IMG/VR virus record: IMGVR_UViG_3300043101_000273 | DNA: 34,653 nt | DNA from: an uncultured virus (IMG/VR IMGVR_UViG_3300043101_000273) | Taxonomy: Duplodnaviria; Heunggongvirae; Uroviricota; Caudoviricetes | Reading direction: 5' to 3' (one strand) | Shown: positions 18,896 through 28,310 of the stretch, one piece after another | Layout: each line of letters begins with the position of its first letter | Position numbering within the stretch: position 1 is the stretch's first letter | Notes under the pieces: generated by a model | What the model saw: the letters and a program-made list of their open reading frames with translations, nothing else | What the model was told of the DNA's origin: nothing | The model's database searches: none | Position numbers and translations under genes: made by a program

Positions 18896-19407
18896 TAAGG
18901 ATATACTATTCAAAAATAAGTAATAAATTTATTGTAAGTAGATTTGTTTTAGAAAATCAAGAAAGACTTACGTTTAATAAATTAAAATCTATTTTAAAAA
19001 CTAATTATAAGGAAACAATGAATGTTTTAGAAACATACGGAGCAGATGTTGTAATAACAGGATATCGTTTTTTTAACATTTCAAAAGTCGATATAAAAAA
19101 AGCATTATTACATCAAATATTGCAAGGATTAAGAATTGGTTTTCAACTTCCTGAAAAAATAAAATTGACAGATAAACGTAATGAAATAAAACTTATAATT
19201 AACGGAGATTTTGACATCAAATATCCTGAGTATGATAACGATTTTCAAAGGCAACAGAATGAAGAAGTTTTTCAAATAATTAGTAATAAGTTTAAAATTA
19301 ATAAAGATTTTTCTGTTAATATAGTTTATGATTTTAAGAATATCAATGAAGCTCAAACCTTTTGTAACTATTTAAATAATAAAGATAAAATGTTAGAGTT
19401 AAAATAA
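18892..19407 (+). CDS. paralog family A protein (divergent)
   Basis: GGAGG RBS; RIYY..YRFFN..IKKALLHQILQG..KDF..F. Confidence 0.8.
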   Translation: MIRIYYSKISNKFIVSRFVLENQERLTFNKLKSILKTNYKETMNVLETYGADVVITGYRFFNISKVDIKKALLHQILQGLRIGFQLPEKIKLTDKRNEIKLIINGDFDIKYPEYDNDFQRQQNEEVFQIISNKFKINKDFSVNIVYDFKNINEAQTFCNYLNNKDKMLELK

Positions 19408-19440
19408 AAAAGAGAGGGAATAATTAGCCCTCTCTTTTTT
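19408..19440. terminator. bidirectional terminator
   Basis: AAAAGAGAGGG/CCCTCTCTTTT between convergent genes. Confidence 0.8.
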
Positions 19441-19951
19441 AATCTAACAATTTATAGTCAAGATTTGCATTATATCTTTTAATTAAATATTCACAAGTGT
19501 TTTTACAATCTTCTTCGGTAAGGAAATAAAAATCTTCATCTATTATTTCATAATCTTTATTTAAAATAAAATTTTCTTCTATAAAATTTTGAATAGTTTC
19601 TATATCTTCTAAGTTTAACAGGTTTTCAAAATATGCCTGAATAAGAGAATACTCACAAATGCCATCAGTAGTAACACCTAAAGAACTTTTTATTTTTTTA
19701 TAATATGTAATATTATTTCTTAGAATAAGATATATTCCTTTTAATTTTAGCAAAAATAAAAGTTTTTTTATTTCCTTTTTTTTAAAAATTTTTTCTTCAA
19801 TATTATACGATTTAAAACTAAAAGAATTATTTTCTTTAAAAATTTCTTTAATTTTAAGAGGGGAAGTGTTAAAAGTTACAGCAAATTGTCTAGCATGGGT
19901 AATTGGAAATCTATATTTATCTCTAATACAATATAATTTACTCATAATCAA
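19439..19951 (-). CDS. paralog family A protein (divergent)
   Basis: LYCI..IKKLLF..G..LLNLEDI..KDY..YF. Confidence 0.78.
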   Translation of the reverse strand: MIMSKLYCIRDKYRFPITHARQFAVTFNTSPLKIKEIFKENNSFSFKSYNIEEKIFKKKEIKKLLFLLKLKGIYLILRNNITYYKKIKSSLGVTTDGICEYSLIQAYFENLLNLEDIETIQNFIEENFILNKDYEIIDEDFYFLTEEDCKNTCEYLIKRYNANLDYKLLD

Positions 19952-19975
19952 TCCTTTTAATATTCTTTGATGTTA

Positions 19976-20004
19976 ATTATACTACAAAATAATTGTTTTG
20001 TCAA
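19976..20004 (-). promoter_or_regulatory. sigma-A promoter
   Basis: TTGACA-17 nt-TATAAT. Confidence 0.8.
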
Positions 20005-20041
20005 CAAAAAAGGAGCGGTAAAAACCACTCCTTAATCATAA

Positions 20042-20584
20042 TTATCTTGTCATCTTTAACATTCTCTTAGCAATCTTATTTCTCTTAGCTAACTTTGCTA
20101 AATGATAAGTTCTCTTAAAATCTTCTGGGTCATTTACAAGTTCCTTAACGTGAGTTTCAACATCACCTGATGAACCATCAGAAATAAAATCAAGAATCTT
20201 TTCATCATACTTGTTATTTAAAGCAGAACCAATTGCAACTGCGTTCTTCTCTAAAATACCAAGAACAGCCTTGTCAAGCTTTCTACCGTTCTTAACGATA
20301 AAATCTACGCTATCATCACTAATCATATCTCTGAAAGCGTTTGCACATCTATATATAGCCTCTGCCTTGTCATCGTCAACAACACTTGGTTCTAAGAATA
20401 ACTTCTTAACTGTATCATAATCAAACTTAAAACCAACAGCGTTCTTTATTGTCTTTAATAAAGCATCAGATACACTATACTCTTCCTGTACAGAAGCAAA
20501 GAAATTATTATCTTCCTCTGTAAATGCAAAAGCCTTCTTAACAATCTTAGCCTGTCTTTCCAATCTATTTTTTATCTTATTCAT
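20042..20584 (-). CDS. hypothetical protein with basic N- and C-terminal tails (possible virion internal protein)
   Basis: AAGGAGG RBS; terminator AAGGAGCGGT/ACCACTCCTT at ~20009-20033. Confidence 0.85.
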   Translation of the reverse strand: MNKIKNRLERQAKIVKKAFAFTEEDNNFFASVQEEYSVSDALLKTIKNAVGFKFDYDTVKKLFLEPSVVDDDKAEAIYRCANAFRDMISDDSVDFIVKNGRKLDKAVLGILEKNAVAIGSALNNKYDEKILDFISDGSSGDVETHVKELVNDPEDFKRTYHLAKLAKRNKIAKRMLKMTR

Positions 20585-20703
20585 TTTAAAATCCTCCTTG
20601 AAAAACTTTTATTCTATTTATACCTTTAAAATATGTATTCCTTAAAAAAATATTTTACATTTATTGAGTTAATAGAATAAATAACGAATTTTATCTTAAT
20701 TTA

Positions 20704-21156
20704 ATGCAATTAAATAAAAATGCTATAAATCTAATATTTAAATCGGGTAATAAAATATTAACTTATAAAAAGGAAGTGTATATTTTGGACAAAATTTTAA
20801 CAGATATTATAGATATATTTAATTTAAAAGAAGCCAAATTAGTAAGGTTATCAGGTTTAACATTAAGAGAAAGAAAAATGTTTTATGATATAACTCCACA
20901 ATTATTAATAAGGATAATAAACAAATTGAAAAAAGAGAATGTTATTCATTTTAGTAAAATAGTTTATTGCCCTCATTGTAAGGAAGTTTTTTATTTAATA
21001 GAAGATGTAAACGGTGAAAAAGTATGTGATACGTGCGGAAGAAAGTTTAATGTATCTAAATTAAATACATTAAACGAATATGAAGTGGAAGGTATTGTTG
21101 ATGTATTGATGGATAATGCAGGTAATTTACAACAAAAAAATTTGAAAAAGTCTTGA
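20704..21156 (+). CDS. zinc-ribbon protein
   Basis: CPHC...CDTC motif. Confidence 0.75.
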   Translation: MQLNKNAINLIFKSGNKILTYKKEVYILDKILTDIIDIFNLKEAKLVRLSGLTLRERKMFYDITPQLLIRIINKLKKENVIHFSKIVYCPHCKEVFYLIEDVNGEKVCDTCGRKFNVSKLNTLNEYEVEGIVDVLMDNAGNLQQKNLKKS

Positions 21157-21181
21157 CAAATATAAAAAAATATGATACAAT
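21153..21181 (+). promoter_or_regulatory. sigma-A promoter with extended -10 driving the long non-coding unit
   Basis: TTGACA-17 nt-TGaTACAAT; predicted TSS ~21187-21188. Confidence 0.75.
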
Positions 21182-21185
21182 ACAA

Positions 21186-22122
21186 TTGTATTATCGAAGG
21201 TAAAGAACTTCCAATTTTTTCTTAAATATTACTAATTATGAATAGATATTTGTTCATATTATTAGTAATAGCTTATATGCAAATAATTCAATTTTATATA
21301 TTTTTTATAAAAAATAGGAATTGTTAGTATTATACTCAAATATGTAAAAAAGAAAAATTTACATATAAGTGATTTTATAAGTTTGAAAATAGATTGTTGT
21401 TTGATAACACAATAATGTATTTTATTAAAGTTTTTTGAAAAGAAATACATTGAAAAACAAATATATTTTAAATAAACTTATAAAAACTATTCGATAATAC
21501 AAAAAACTTAATTTATTTAGGAAAAAGATAAATTGAGTTTTTGAACCCTTTTTAAGGGCGTAATACTATTATTTTTTATAATGCTATGCTATTATTTGTG
21601 GTAATAGAATGTTATTAAGAAATTAGAGAAAGTCCGCATTTTTCCAATAAATAGCAAACCTAAAAAATAGTGACGTTTATAAAAACAAAATCCCCGAATT
21701 TTTATACGCATTAGTAAAAATGATGGTCAGGTTGTTGATATATTAAAATTTTTTATTTTTGCAAGCTAAAATAACCCCTTTGTTTATTAGATATAGTAGG
21801 GTAAAATAGAAAAGCTTTGAAACTTGATAAAAATATCTATAATTACTTTAATATTTGTTAAAGTGAGAAGTTCTTAAAAATAATTCTCTGAACAGTTTCG
21901 CTATTTTTACACAAGAAACTTTAAAAAAATGTACATTGCACAAAAAATAATTTCTATGTTAAGTTGCTTTTGTAAAAATCAAAAATAATAAATTATAAAT
22001 ATAAATTATTTCCTGTCAATAAAGCGTTATTCATATATTTAAATTAATTAGAAAAAGTACAAGAGTACGGATATGTGAATAACGAGAATATAAAAAAGAG
22101 AGTGAATATCCACTCTCTTTTT
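21186..22122 (+). ncRNA. candidate large structured non-coding RNA (~930 nt)
   Basis: Promoter at 5' end, terminator at 3' end, no credible ORF, more than 10 helices (several nested) with G-U pairs mostly on the + strand. Confidence 0.65.
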
Positions 22123-22123
22123 T
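22092..22123. terminator. bidirectional terminator
   Basis: AAAAAAGAGAGTG-AATATC-CACTCTCTTTTTT. Confidence 0.85.
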
Positions 22124-22126
22124 ATT

Positions 22127-25100
22127 TTAACTTAAATAATCATTTATTGATAAACGAGAACTATTATATTTAGCTTTCATAAACTTAGAATACTTATCAT
22201 AACAGAATGTAATCCAATCAATAGCAGGTTGTATATCTGAATCAATTGCATTTTCTGAATATGAGAATATAATTCCATGGTCAGTATTATCTTTTGAATA
22301 AAAATCAATATAAAAAGCTTCATATTCATCATCTTTATCAAATGTAGTTTTTTGTTCAGAAGGGTACATTAATTTAACATCAAACTCCGCTCTTGGATAA
22401 CTATTGTTAAATGACTTAAAAATATCATACGGAAGTATTTGTGTTATTTTATTCTTGTTGGCAAGGTAAGAAGAAGAATTTATTGCATTGTATGTTTGTA
22501 ATATCTTACCTGTTTCGGTTGCAGAAGATACGCCTAACAAACAATTCAAATCACTACTACTATTAAATTTAATATAATAATCTGTATTAAATTCACTATA
22601 TGTAGGATTAACAACTAAATCTGTTTTTGAAGTGCTCATTTCAAATTTAACACAACGCCAACTACCAAATTGTTTATCTGATTCTTCTATATATAATTCT
22701 AATAAGAAATCAATTAAATCTTGTTTATCGTCAAATCTTAATAAGTGTCCGATTAATGTATTTGGGTCTTTATATGTAGGTTCTGGTTCACTAACAGGAG
22801 TTTCAACTGTAACAGGAGTTGTAACTGTTTCTATTTTACTTGCAACTTTATATAAAGCGTAATATGTTGCATCTTGCGTTGGTGGATTTTCTATTTCTGT
22901 AACAGTTCTTTTATCTGTTGACCAACCTAATAAACTATACTTATATTTATTAGTTTCTTTTGTTTCTTTTAATTCAGGAATACTCTTTATCTTGTTCCCT
23001 TGTTTTACGTTTACAGTAGAAATAAGAGAATTATCTGTATTTTTAAAATTGATAATATATAATAATTGTTTTTCAAATAAATAAACAGGATAGAACCATA
23101 AATCTTCATTTATTTCATAATTTGCATATGGATTATAAGTTCTGTTATTGCTGTAATTGATACAGAATATATCGGTTTCAATATCAAAAATTTCATTTTC
23201 ATAATAATCATAATGATAAAGATTTGTATCAAAAACAAAACCATAATTCAAACAATTATCTGTACTCCATCCTTTGAAATATTTTGTGTAAAATTTACTT
23301 GATATTTCTTCGGAAGAAGGTATGCAATCATTAACCTCTTTAAATGTATCACTTGTTAAATCTGTATTAGTTATTTTTTCACCTTGATATTTTTTAAATT
23401 TATGGTTTTTATCTAAGAAATATACATAGTAAATATTAGTTTCTTTGTATTTAGGATAAATATCTTTATCTGTATCAAATTCAATTTTATCAATGATTTT
23501 TATTTCTTCATTATCTTTTAAATAATACCAATAGTCAAAATCATATTTAATTCTTTCTGTTTCAGCTTTTGTTAGTATTATTGAAGAATAATCTTTATAA
23601 GTTAATGTTTTTGATTCAACTTCTGTAAAACTATTTAATTTATTTCCATTTATATCATCATAAAAAGTAATCTTATGTTTTTTTTCATATTCTTTATAAG
23701 TAAAACTCTTTATAGCCATAGTGGCTTCATTTATTGTTAAATTTGTATTATTGATACATTCATTATTTATAATACAATTTGCATTTTCTGTATTTTCTAA
23801 TTCAATATACTCTCCTGAAGGGTTATAAATAAAAGTGGATTCTTCAATAATATTAATATCAGAAATTGTACCTTTGCTTTCGTCCCAATTAAGCAATGTA
23901 TCGAAATCAACAGCCCCATCATTATCTGAACGGAGATTAACCCAAATAGGTGTAATCGCATCATTGAACAAAAATGTAGAAAATTTGTTTGTTTCGGTAT
24001 TAAGTAAACAAATATTGCTCTTTACTGATTTTGTCGTTGTAAGAGTATATGTGAATAATTTAAGTTTTGTTCTTTGTGAAAGTTTGAACATAGATTCATC
24101 TGGCACTAGTACTATATATTTAGAATAATCATAATTTAATATTTGGTAAACAAACCCTGCAATAAAAGCGGCACATTCATCAGTTGTTTTAAATACTTTA
24201 ATAGAAGAAGCTGTTATGTTAAAACTTATTTCTAATGGTTTATTCTTGTAAAATACTGGTTTATTTTCATCCGTTATAAAATTAATATTTAAATTGTAAA
24301 AAGGATTTGATTCTTCATTGTCATTTGTAAGATTAATTTCTGATACAGAAAAATCAAAATTATAAATTAAATCTTCTTGTTTAAGCGTTAATGTGCTGTT
24401 AGCAGTTATATTATTCACATCACTTAATGTACAAGTTGTAATTGTTAAATTTTCAGGTGTAAAATAGTAACAATCATTTTTAATATTAAAATTAGTTATC
24501 TTATCGATTTCAGCTTTCCAAGTGTAATTAGAAGAATAAATTGGGTCAAAATTATATATTGCTTCATATTTCCTATCAACTAATTCATAATCCCCTTCTA
24601 ATGTGTTAAGGTTAAATTCAAAATTACTTGAATTAAGTTCGCTACTAAAAACAGCATAGAAAGTCAAATCTTGGTCTTTGTAAATTTCGGTAGTTGCAAA
24701 ATCAATAGGATTAGAATAACGACTTTCTAATGACCAGCCCTCAAACTTAAATGAAATAGTTTTTTCATCTATAATAATATCATTTTTAATTGGATTTTCA
24801 TTAGGTGGAGTTACTAGTTGATTTTTCGTTTTTTCTAATATAATGGTTTCTTGTTGATAAATTTCATCTTCAACATACCAAACGATGTCACCTTTTGTTA
24901 TTTTAGATTTTGCATAGAATTTATAGATATTTTTTTCATTTTCTACACCTGAGAAGTAACCATCTTCAATATGAATAGTTGTATATCCATCATCGCCTGC
25001 GTATACTACAATATTTTCTAAATTTTCATCACTACACCAGCCTATGAATACTTCTTTATCATAAGTAGGATTTTCAATTTTTACATCACAATTTGTTGTT

Positions 25101-28057
25101 GTAGTATTATTTTCAAGAGAATATATATGGTTATCAATTACTGTTGTGTATTCTGTTTCTCCTACGTAGAAGTTTGCAATACTATCATAAGTAGGATTAA
25201 TCCAATTTCGTGATTCATACTTAACTGTTGTAAGATTTGTATACGGACCAGCAGATTCACTATCAACAATTTCTTCATTAATAGTTTCAGAATTTGCAGT
25301 TGCAGGGATGTTGTAAACATTCCAATCTTGGAATTTATTATATATACCTACTTTTGAGAATGTATTAAAATAGAAATCTTCGTTAAAATATTTATCTATA
25401 TTAGTATAAATATCATAGTAATAATCACTTGACATTGGCTCAGATGGCAACTCTTTACTTTCTGTTGCCGCATAGAAACCACCAAAGTATTTATTACCTA
25501 TTATTTTCCCATCTTGTCTTGCTAATTCTTTTGTGTTTTCTATTTCTAATGGTTGTTCGTTTTCATAAAAATAAATTTTAGAATTTTCTGATGATATTTG
25601 TGCTAATGTTGGTCTATAACTTGCATTATGATTAGTGTATTTGTTTTCATCAGTACCATAAGTTACAAAAGTTTCAAATATTGGTTTTGCAATTTGGTCA
25701 ATCATAGCATAATAGGTTTTATCATACTCGAAATCTTCCGTATTTACTCTATTGTTTGCCATTTTAATTCTATCGCAATTATCTAATTTTGTTTTATATT
25801 CTTCATTTTCCGTCCAACCTGCGAAAAATAAATAATGTGTATCGGTTTCAGAATCTTCAACTATAGGAGCTTCTATAGCATCATCTTCAATTATTGTTGT
25901 GGTTATTTCTCCATCAACAACAAAGTATGTTTTTAATCGTTCAATATCATCAAATTTAGCATAAAATGAATAGGTGTAAAGATAAATTCTTTCAGAAGCC
26001 ATAAATTCATTTTCAGTGAATCCAATACCACTTAATTGTTTTTTATCAAGTTCTCCATCATACATATTTACTTCTATGTAATCTTGGTTGTTTTTTACTG
26101 AACATACAAGATTACTTAAATCAGACTTATTAGACCAACCTGTAAATTTTCTAAACTTAGGATTTTCAGGATTGTTTACTTTTATGGCTGCTGCTGGGTT
26201 TCCTTCATCAACAAAATCTTCATATTTTTCGCTTTGTACTATTTCTCCGTCTATATAAAAATTACATTTAAAATATTGTTTGGTTCTATGTGCTGTATAG
26301 TTTTGGTATGATTCTTCTATATTTTCTATGATATTACTAATATCAGGTTGCCCGTTTTCATTTATAGAAATTTCTGTAATAGGGGAATAGTTATATTCAC
26401 CTATTGTTTTAAACGTATCATTATCTCTATAATTACTTGTGTATAAGCTCCAGTAATTAAAATATCGTATTATTGAAATAGCTTTGCCATTCTCATCACC
26501 ATATTCTGAATTATCAAAATAACTAATATCGTAGTAATCTTGCAATTCCTTCATATCATTAGTAGTATTATCGTCAGAGAATGGATAGACCTTTTTAGTG
26601 ATTTTTGCATTATCAATATCTTCGGCAGTAGTGGTATATGCAAGGTCTGATACAGAATCCCACCTCTGACTACCACCATAACTATACCAATGATAAAATT
26701 TTACTGTTACTTTCTGTTTAGGTATTTGTATAAACATTGCATAATATGTATTACCTAATTCAAAATCAGTTGTTTTATCTGTTAAATAATTATTATAACT
26801 ACCATCTACATTATTGTAGGTTTCGTTTTTAGACCATCCATAGAATAAATAATTATAACTATCATCTTCTAAGGTTTTCACTTCGGGAGGAGTTGTATTA
26901 TCTCCTTGTTGTTTTATTTCTCCATTCACAATAAATGTGATATCATTATTGCTTGCAGTTTCTTCAAATTTAGCATAATAATTATCTACATAAGAATAAT
27001 AATCATAGCTACATTCACCGTTATCATAATAATTATATGTAAACAAACTCTCTCCGTTTCCACCATATGATGTACCAACTTGTACATTTATACAATCTTT
27101 GTCATCTGAAGCAGGATATATTAAATCTTCTAATGCTTCATCAGAACACCACCCTAAAAATATTTTTCCATCCAAAACAGGATTTTCTACTTCTTGGTAG
27201 TTATATTCATCTTGCGAATCACATTCTATAATAAATTGTTTATATGGTTCTGCATTATCACCCACATAAAAATTATGAGTACATAAATAATATCTAAAAT
27301 CATAAGAAAATGTGCAAATGTATTTTATTGTTACTTCTTCTTCGGAACTATCAGTTTTTAAATCACCTGAATCGTTAAAACTAAAGAATGTGGTATAACA
27401 ATATAAACTACAATCAACAATAAAAAAAGCGTTTTCATAGTTATCAGGTTGAAAATTCTCATTAGAAGTATAATCACCATACCAACCATTAAAACTCCTA
27501 GTACCTATTTTATATTCTACGTCATCAAACAACTGAGTAATAGTAATCTCGTTAGAAAAAAAGTCTTTATCGTTTGATATCTCTATTACTGTATTTTCAA
27601 ACTCTGTTTCCAAATCGTCACTGTTTTCGATATATAAAGGAGAAAAACTATAATAACTATCGTTTTGACTTGCTATTACATCATCTATGGTAGTTTTATA
27701 AGTATATGTATTATATGTTGTTTCTTGATTTTCTGAACAAAATTTTATATTTATTGTTTGTCTTTTAATTTTTATAAAAACAGCATAATAAGCTTTACCA
27801 ATCTCATATTCATATGATTCATCAGTAATTACTTCATTTTGATTTACAATATACTCGGTACTGATATTTTCGTATTTTTCATCTTCTGACCAACCATAAA
27901 AATAATAACTATAATCGTCATCATCATAGTTTTCTATTGTTGGTGGTGTTGTATTGTCTGTTGCTTGCAATGTCTTTCCATTACAAATAAATGTAATTAC
28001 GTCACTTGCTTTCGCTATTTTTTCTTCTGTATTTTCGTTATTATTTATATCTGCCAT
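22127..28057 (-). CDS. 1976-aa acidic protein with many Listeria-Bacteroides (InlB B-repeat/Flg_new-like) repeats; probable virion-associated adhesin
   Basis: Repeated 'itF..dG....P....y.F.GW....yYA.F' units; no signal peptide or LPxTG anchor; AGGCGGTG RBS. Confidence 0.75.
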   Translation of the reverse strand: MADINNNENTEEKIAKASDVITFICNGKTLQATDNTTPPTIENYDDDDYSYYFYGWSEDEKYENISTEYIVNQNEVITDESYEYEIGKAYYAVFIKIKRQTINIKFCSENQETTYNTYTYKTTIDDVIASQNDSYYSFSPLYIENSDDLETEFENTVIEISNDKDFFSNEITITQLFDDVEYKIGTRSFNGWYGDYTSNENFQPDNYENAFFIVDCSLYCYTTFFSFNDSGDLKTDSSEEEVTIKYICTFSYDFRYYLCTHNFYVGDNAEPYKQFIIECDSQDEYNYQEVENPVLDGKIFLGWCSDEALEDLIYPASDDKDCINVQVGTSYGGNGESLFTYNYYDNGECSYDYYSYVDNYYAKFEETASNNDITFIVNGEIKQQGDNTTPPEVKTLEDDSYNYLFYGWSKNETYNNVDGSYNNYLTDKTTDFELGNTYYAMFIQIPKQKVTVKFYHWYSYGGSQRWDSVSDLAYTTTAEDIDNAKITKKVYPFSDDNTTNDMKELQDYYDISYFDNSEYGDENGKAISIIRYFNYWSLYTSNYRDNDTFKTIGEYNYSPITEISINENGQPDISNIIENIEESYQNYTAHRTKQYFKCNFYIDGEIVQSEKYEDFVDEGNPAAAIKVNNPENPKFRKFTGWSNKSDLSNLVCSVKNNQDYIEVNMYDGELDKKQLSGIGFTENEFMASERIYLYTYSFYAKFDDIERLKTYFVVDGEITTTIIEDDAIEAPIVEDSETDTHYLFFAGWTENEEYKTKLDNCDRIKMANNRVNTEDFEYDKTYYAMIDQIAKPIFETFVTYGTDENKYTNHNASYRPTLAQISSENSKIYFYENEQPLEIENTKELARQDGKIIGNKYFGGFYAATESKELPSEPMSSDYYYDIYTNIDKYFNEDFYFNTFSKVGIYNKFQDWNVYNIPATANSETINEEIVDSESAGPYTNLTTVKYESRNWINPTYDSIANFYVGETEYTTVIDNHIYSLENNTTTTNCDVKIENPTYDKEVFIGWCSDENLENIVVYAGDDGYTTIHIEDGYFSGVENEKNIYKFYAKSKITKGDIVWYVEDEIYQQETIILEKTKNQLVTPPNENPIKNDIIIDEKTISFKFEGWSLESRYSNPIDFATTEIYKDQDLTFYAVFSSELNSSNFEFNLNTLEGDYELVDRKYEAIYNFDPIYSSNYTWKAEIDKITNFNIKNDCYYFTPENLTITTCTLSDVNNITANSTLTLKQEDLIYNFDFSVSEINLTNDNEESNPFYNLNINFITDENKPVFYKNKPLEISFNITASSIKVFKTTDECAAFIAGFVYQILNYDYSKYIVLVPDESMFKLSQRTKLKLFTYTLTTTKSVKSNICLLNTETNKFSTFLFNDAITPIWVNLRSDNDGAVDFDTLLNWDESKGTISDINIIEESTFIYNPSGEYIELENTENANCIINNECINNTNLTINEATMAIKSFTYKEYEKKHKITFYDDINGNKLNSFTEVESKTLTYKDYSSIILTKAETERIKYDFDYWYYLKDNEEIKIIDKIEFDTDKDIYPKYKETNIYYVYFLDKNHKFKKYQGEKITNTDLTSDTFKEVNDCIPSSEEISSKFYTKYFKGWSTDNCLNYGFVFDTNLYHYDYYENEIFDIETDIFCINYSNNRTYNPYANYEINEDLWFYPVYLFEKQLLYIINFKNTDNSLISTVNVKQGNKIKSIPELKETKETNKYKYSLLGWSTDKRTVTEIENPPTQDATYYALYKVASKIETVTTPVTVETPVSEPEPTYKDPNTLIGHLLRFDDKQDLIDFLLELYIEESDKQFGSWRCVKFEMSTSKTDLVVNPTYSEFNTDYYIKFNSSSDLNCLLGVSSATETGKILQTYNAINSSSYLANKNKITQILPYDIFKSFNNSYPRAEFDVKLMYPSEQKTTFDKDDEYEAFYIDFYSKDNTDHGIIFSYSENAIDSDIQPAIDWITFCYDKYSKFMKAKYNSSRLSINDYLS

Positions 28058-28080
28058 TTTTTCACCGCCTTTTAAAGGGT

Positions 28081-28203
28081 TTATTTAGAACTATTATTGG
28101 CTTTTATTTTAACAAATTCTATTTTATTCAATAGTTTTCCGAAAAATTCTTCTCTACATAAATCTAAAGAAATTAAAAAATCAGTTTTAATTTTTTCTGT
28201 CAT
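28081..28203 (-). CDS. small protein (40 aa), not in the ORF track
   Basis: AAGGTGG RBS; MTEKIKTDFLISLDLCREEFFGKLLNKIEFVKIKANNSSK*, directly upstream of the giant gene. Confidence 0.55.
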   Translation of the reverse strand: MTEKIKTDFLISLDLCREEFFGKLLNKIEFVKIKANNSSK

Positions 28204-28310
28204 AAAAACCACCTTTTTCATAATTTAATTAACTTTATTTTTTATTTTTATTTATAAATAAAGGCAGAATAATTTTTTATAAAAAAAAATCATAGAAAGT
28301 GGTGAAAAAT

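Noticed and set aside
21262..21450. 62-aa minus-strand ORF within the candidate ncRNA
   Set aside because: No RBS or promoter, compositionally trivial; structure signals favour the + strand
21625..21637. GAGAAAGTCCG resembles the RNase P RNA GAGGAAAGUCC motif
   Set aside because: No convincing 3' ACAGAA..CGGCUUA partner at a suitable distance, and the unit is far longer than RNase P RNA; still worth including in cmscan
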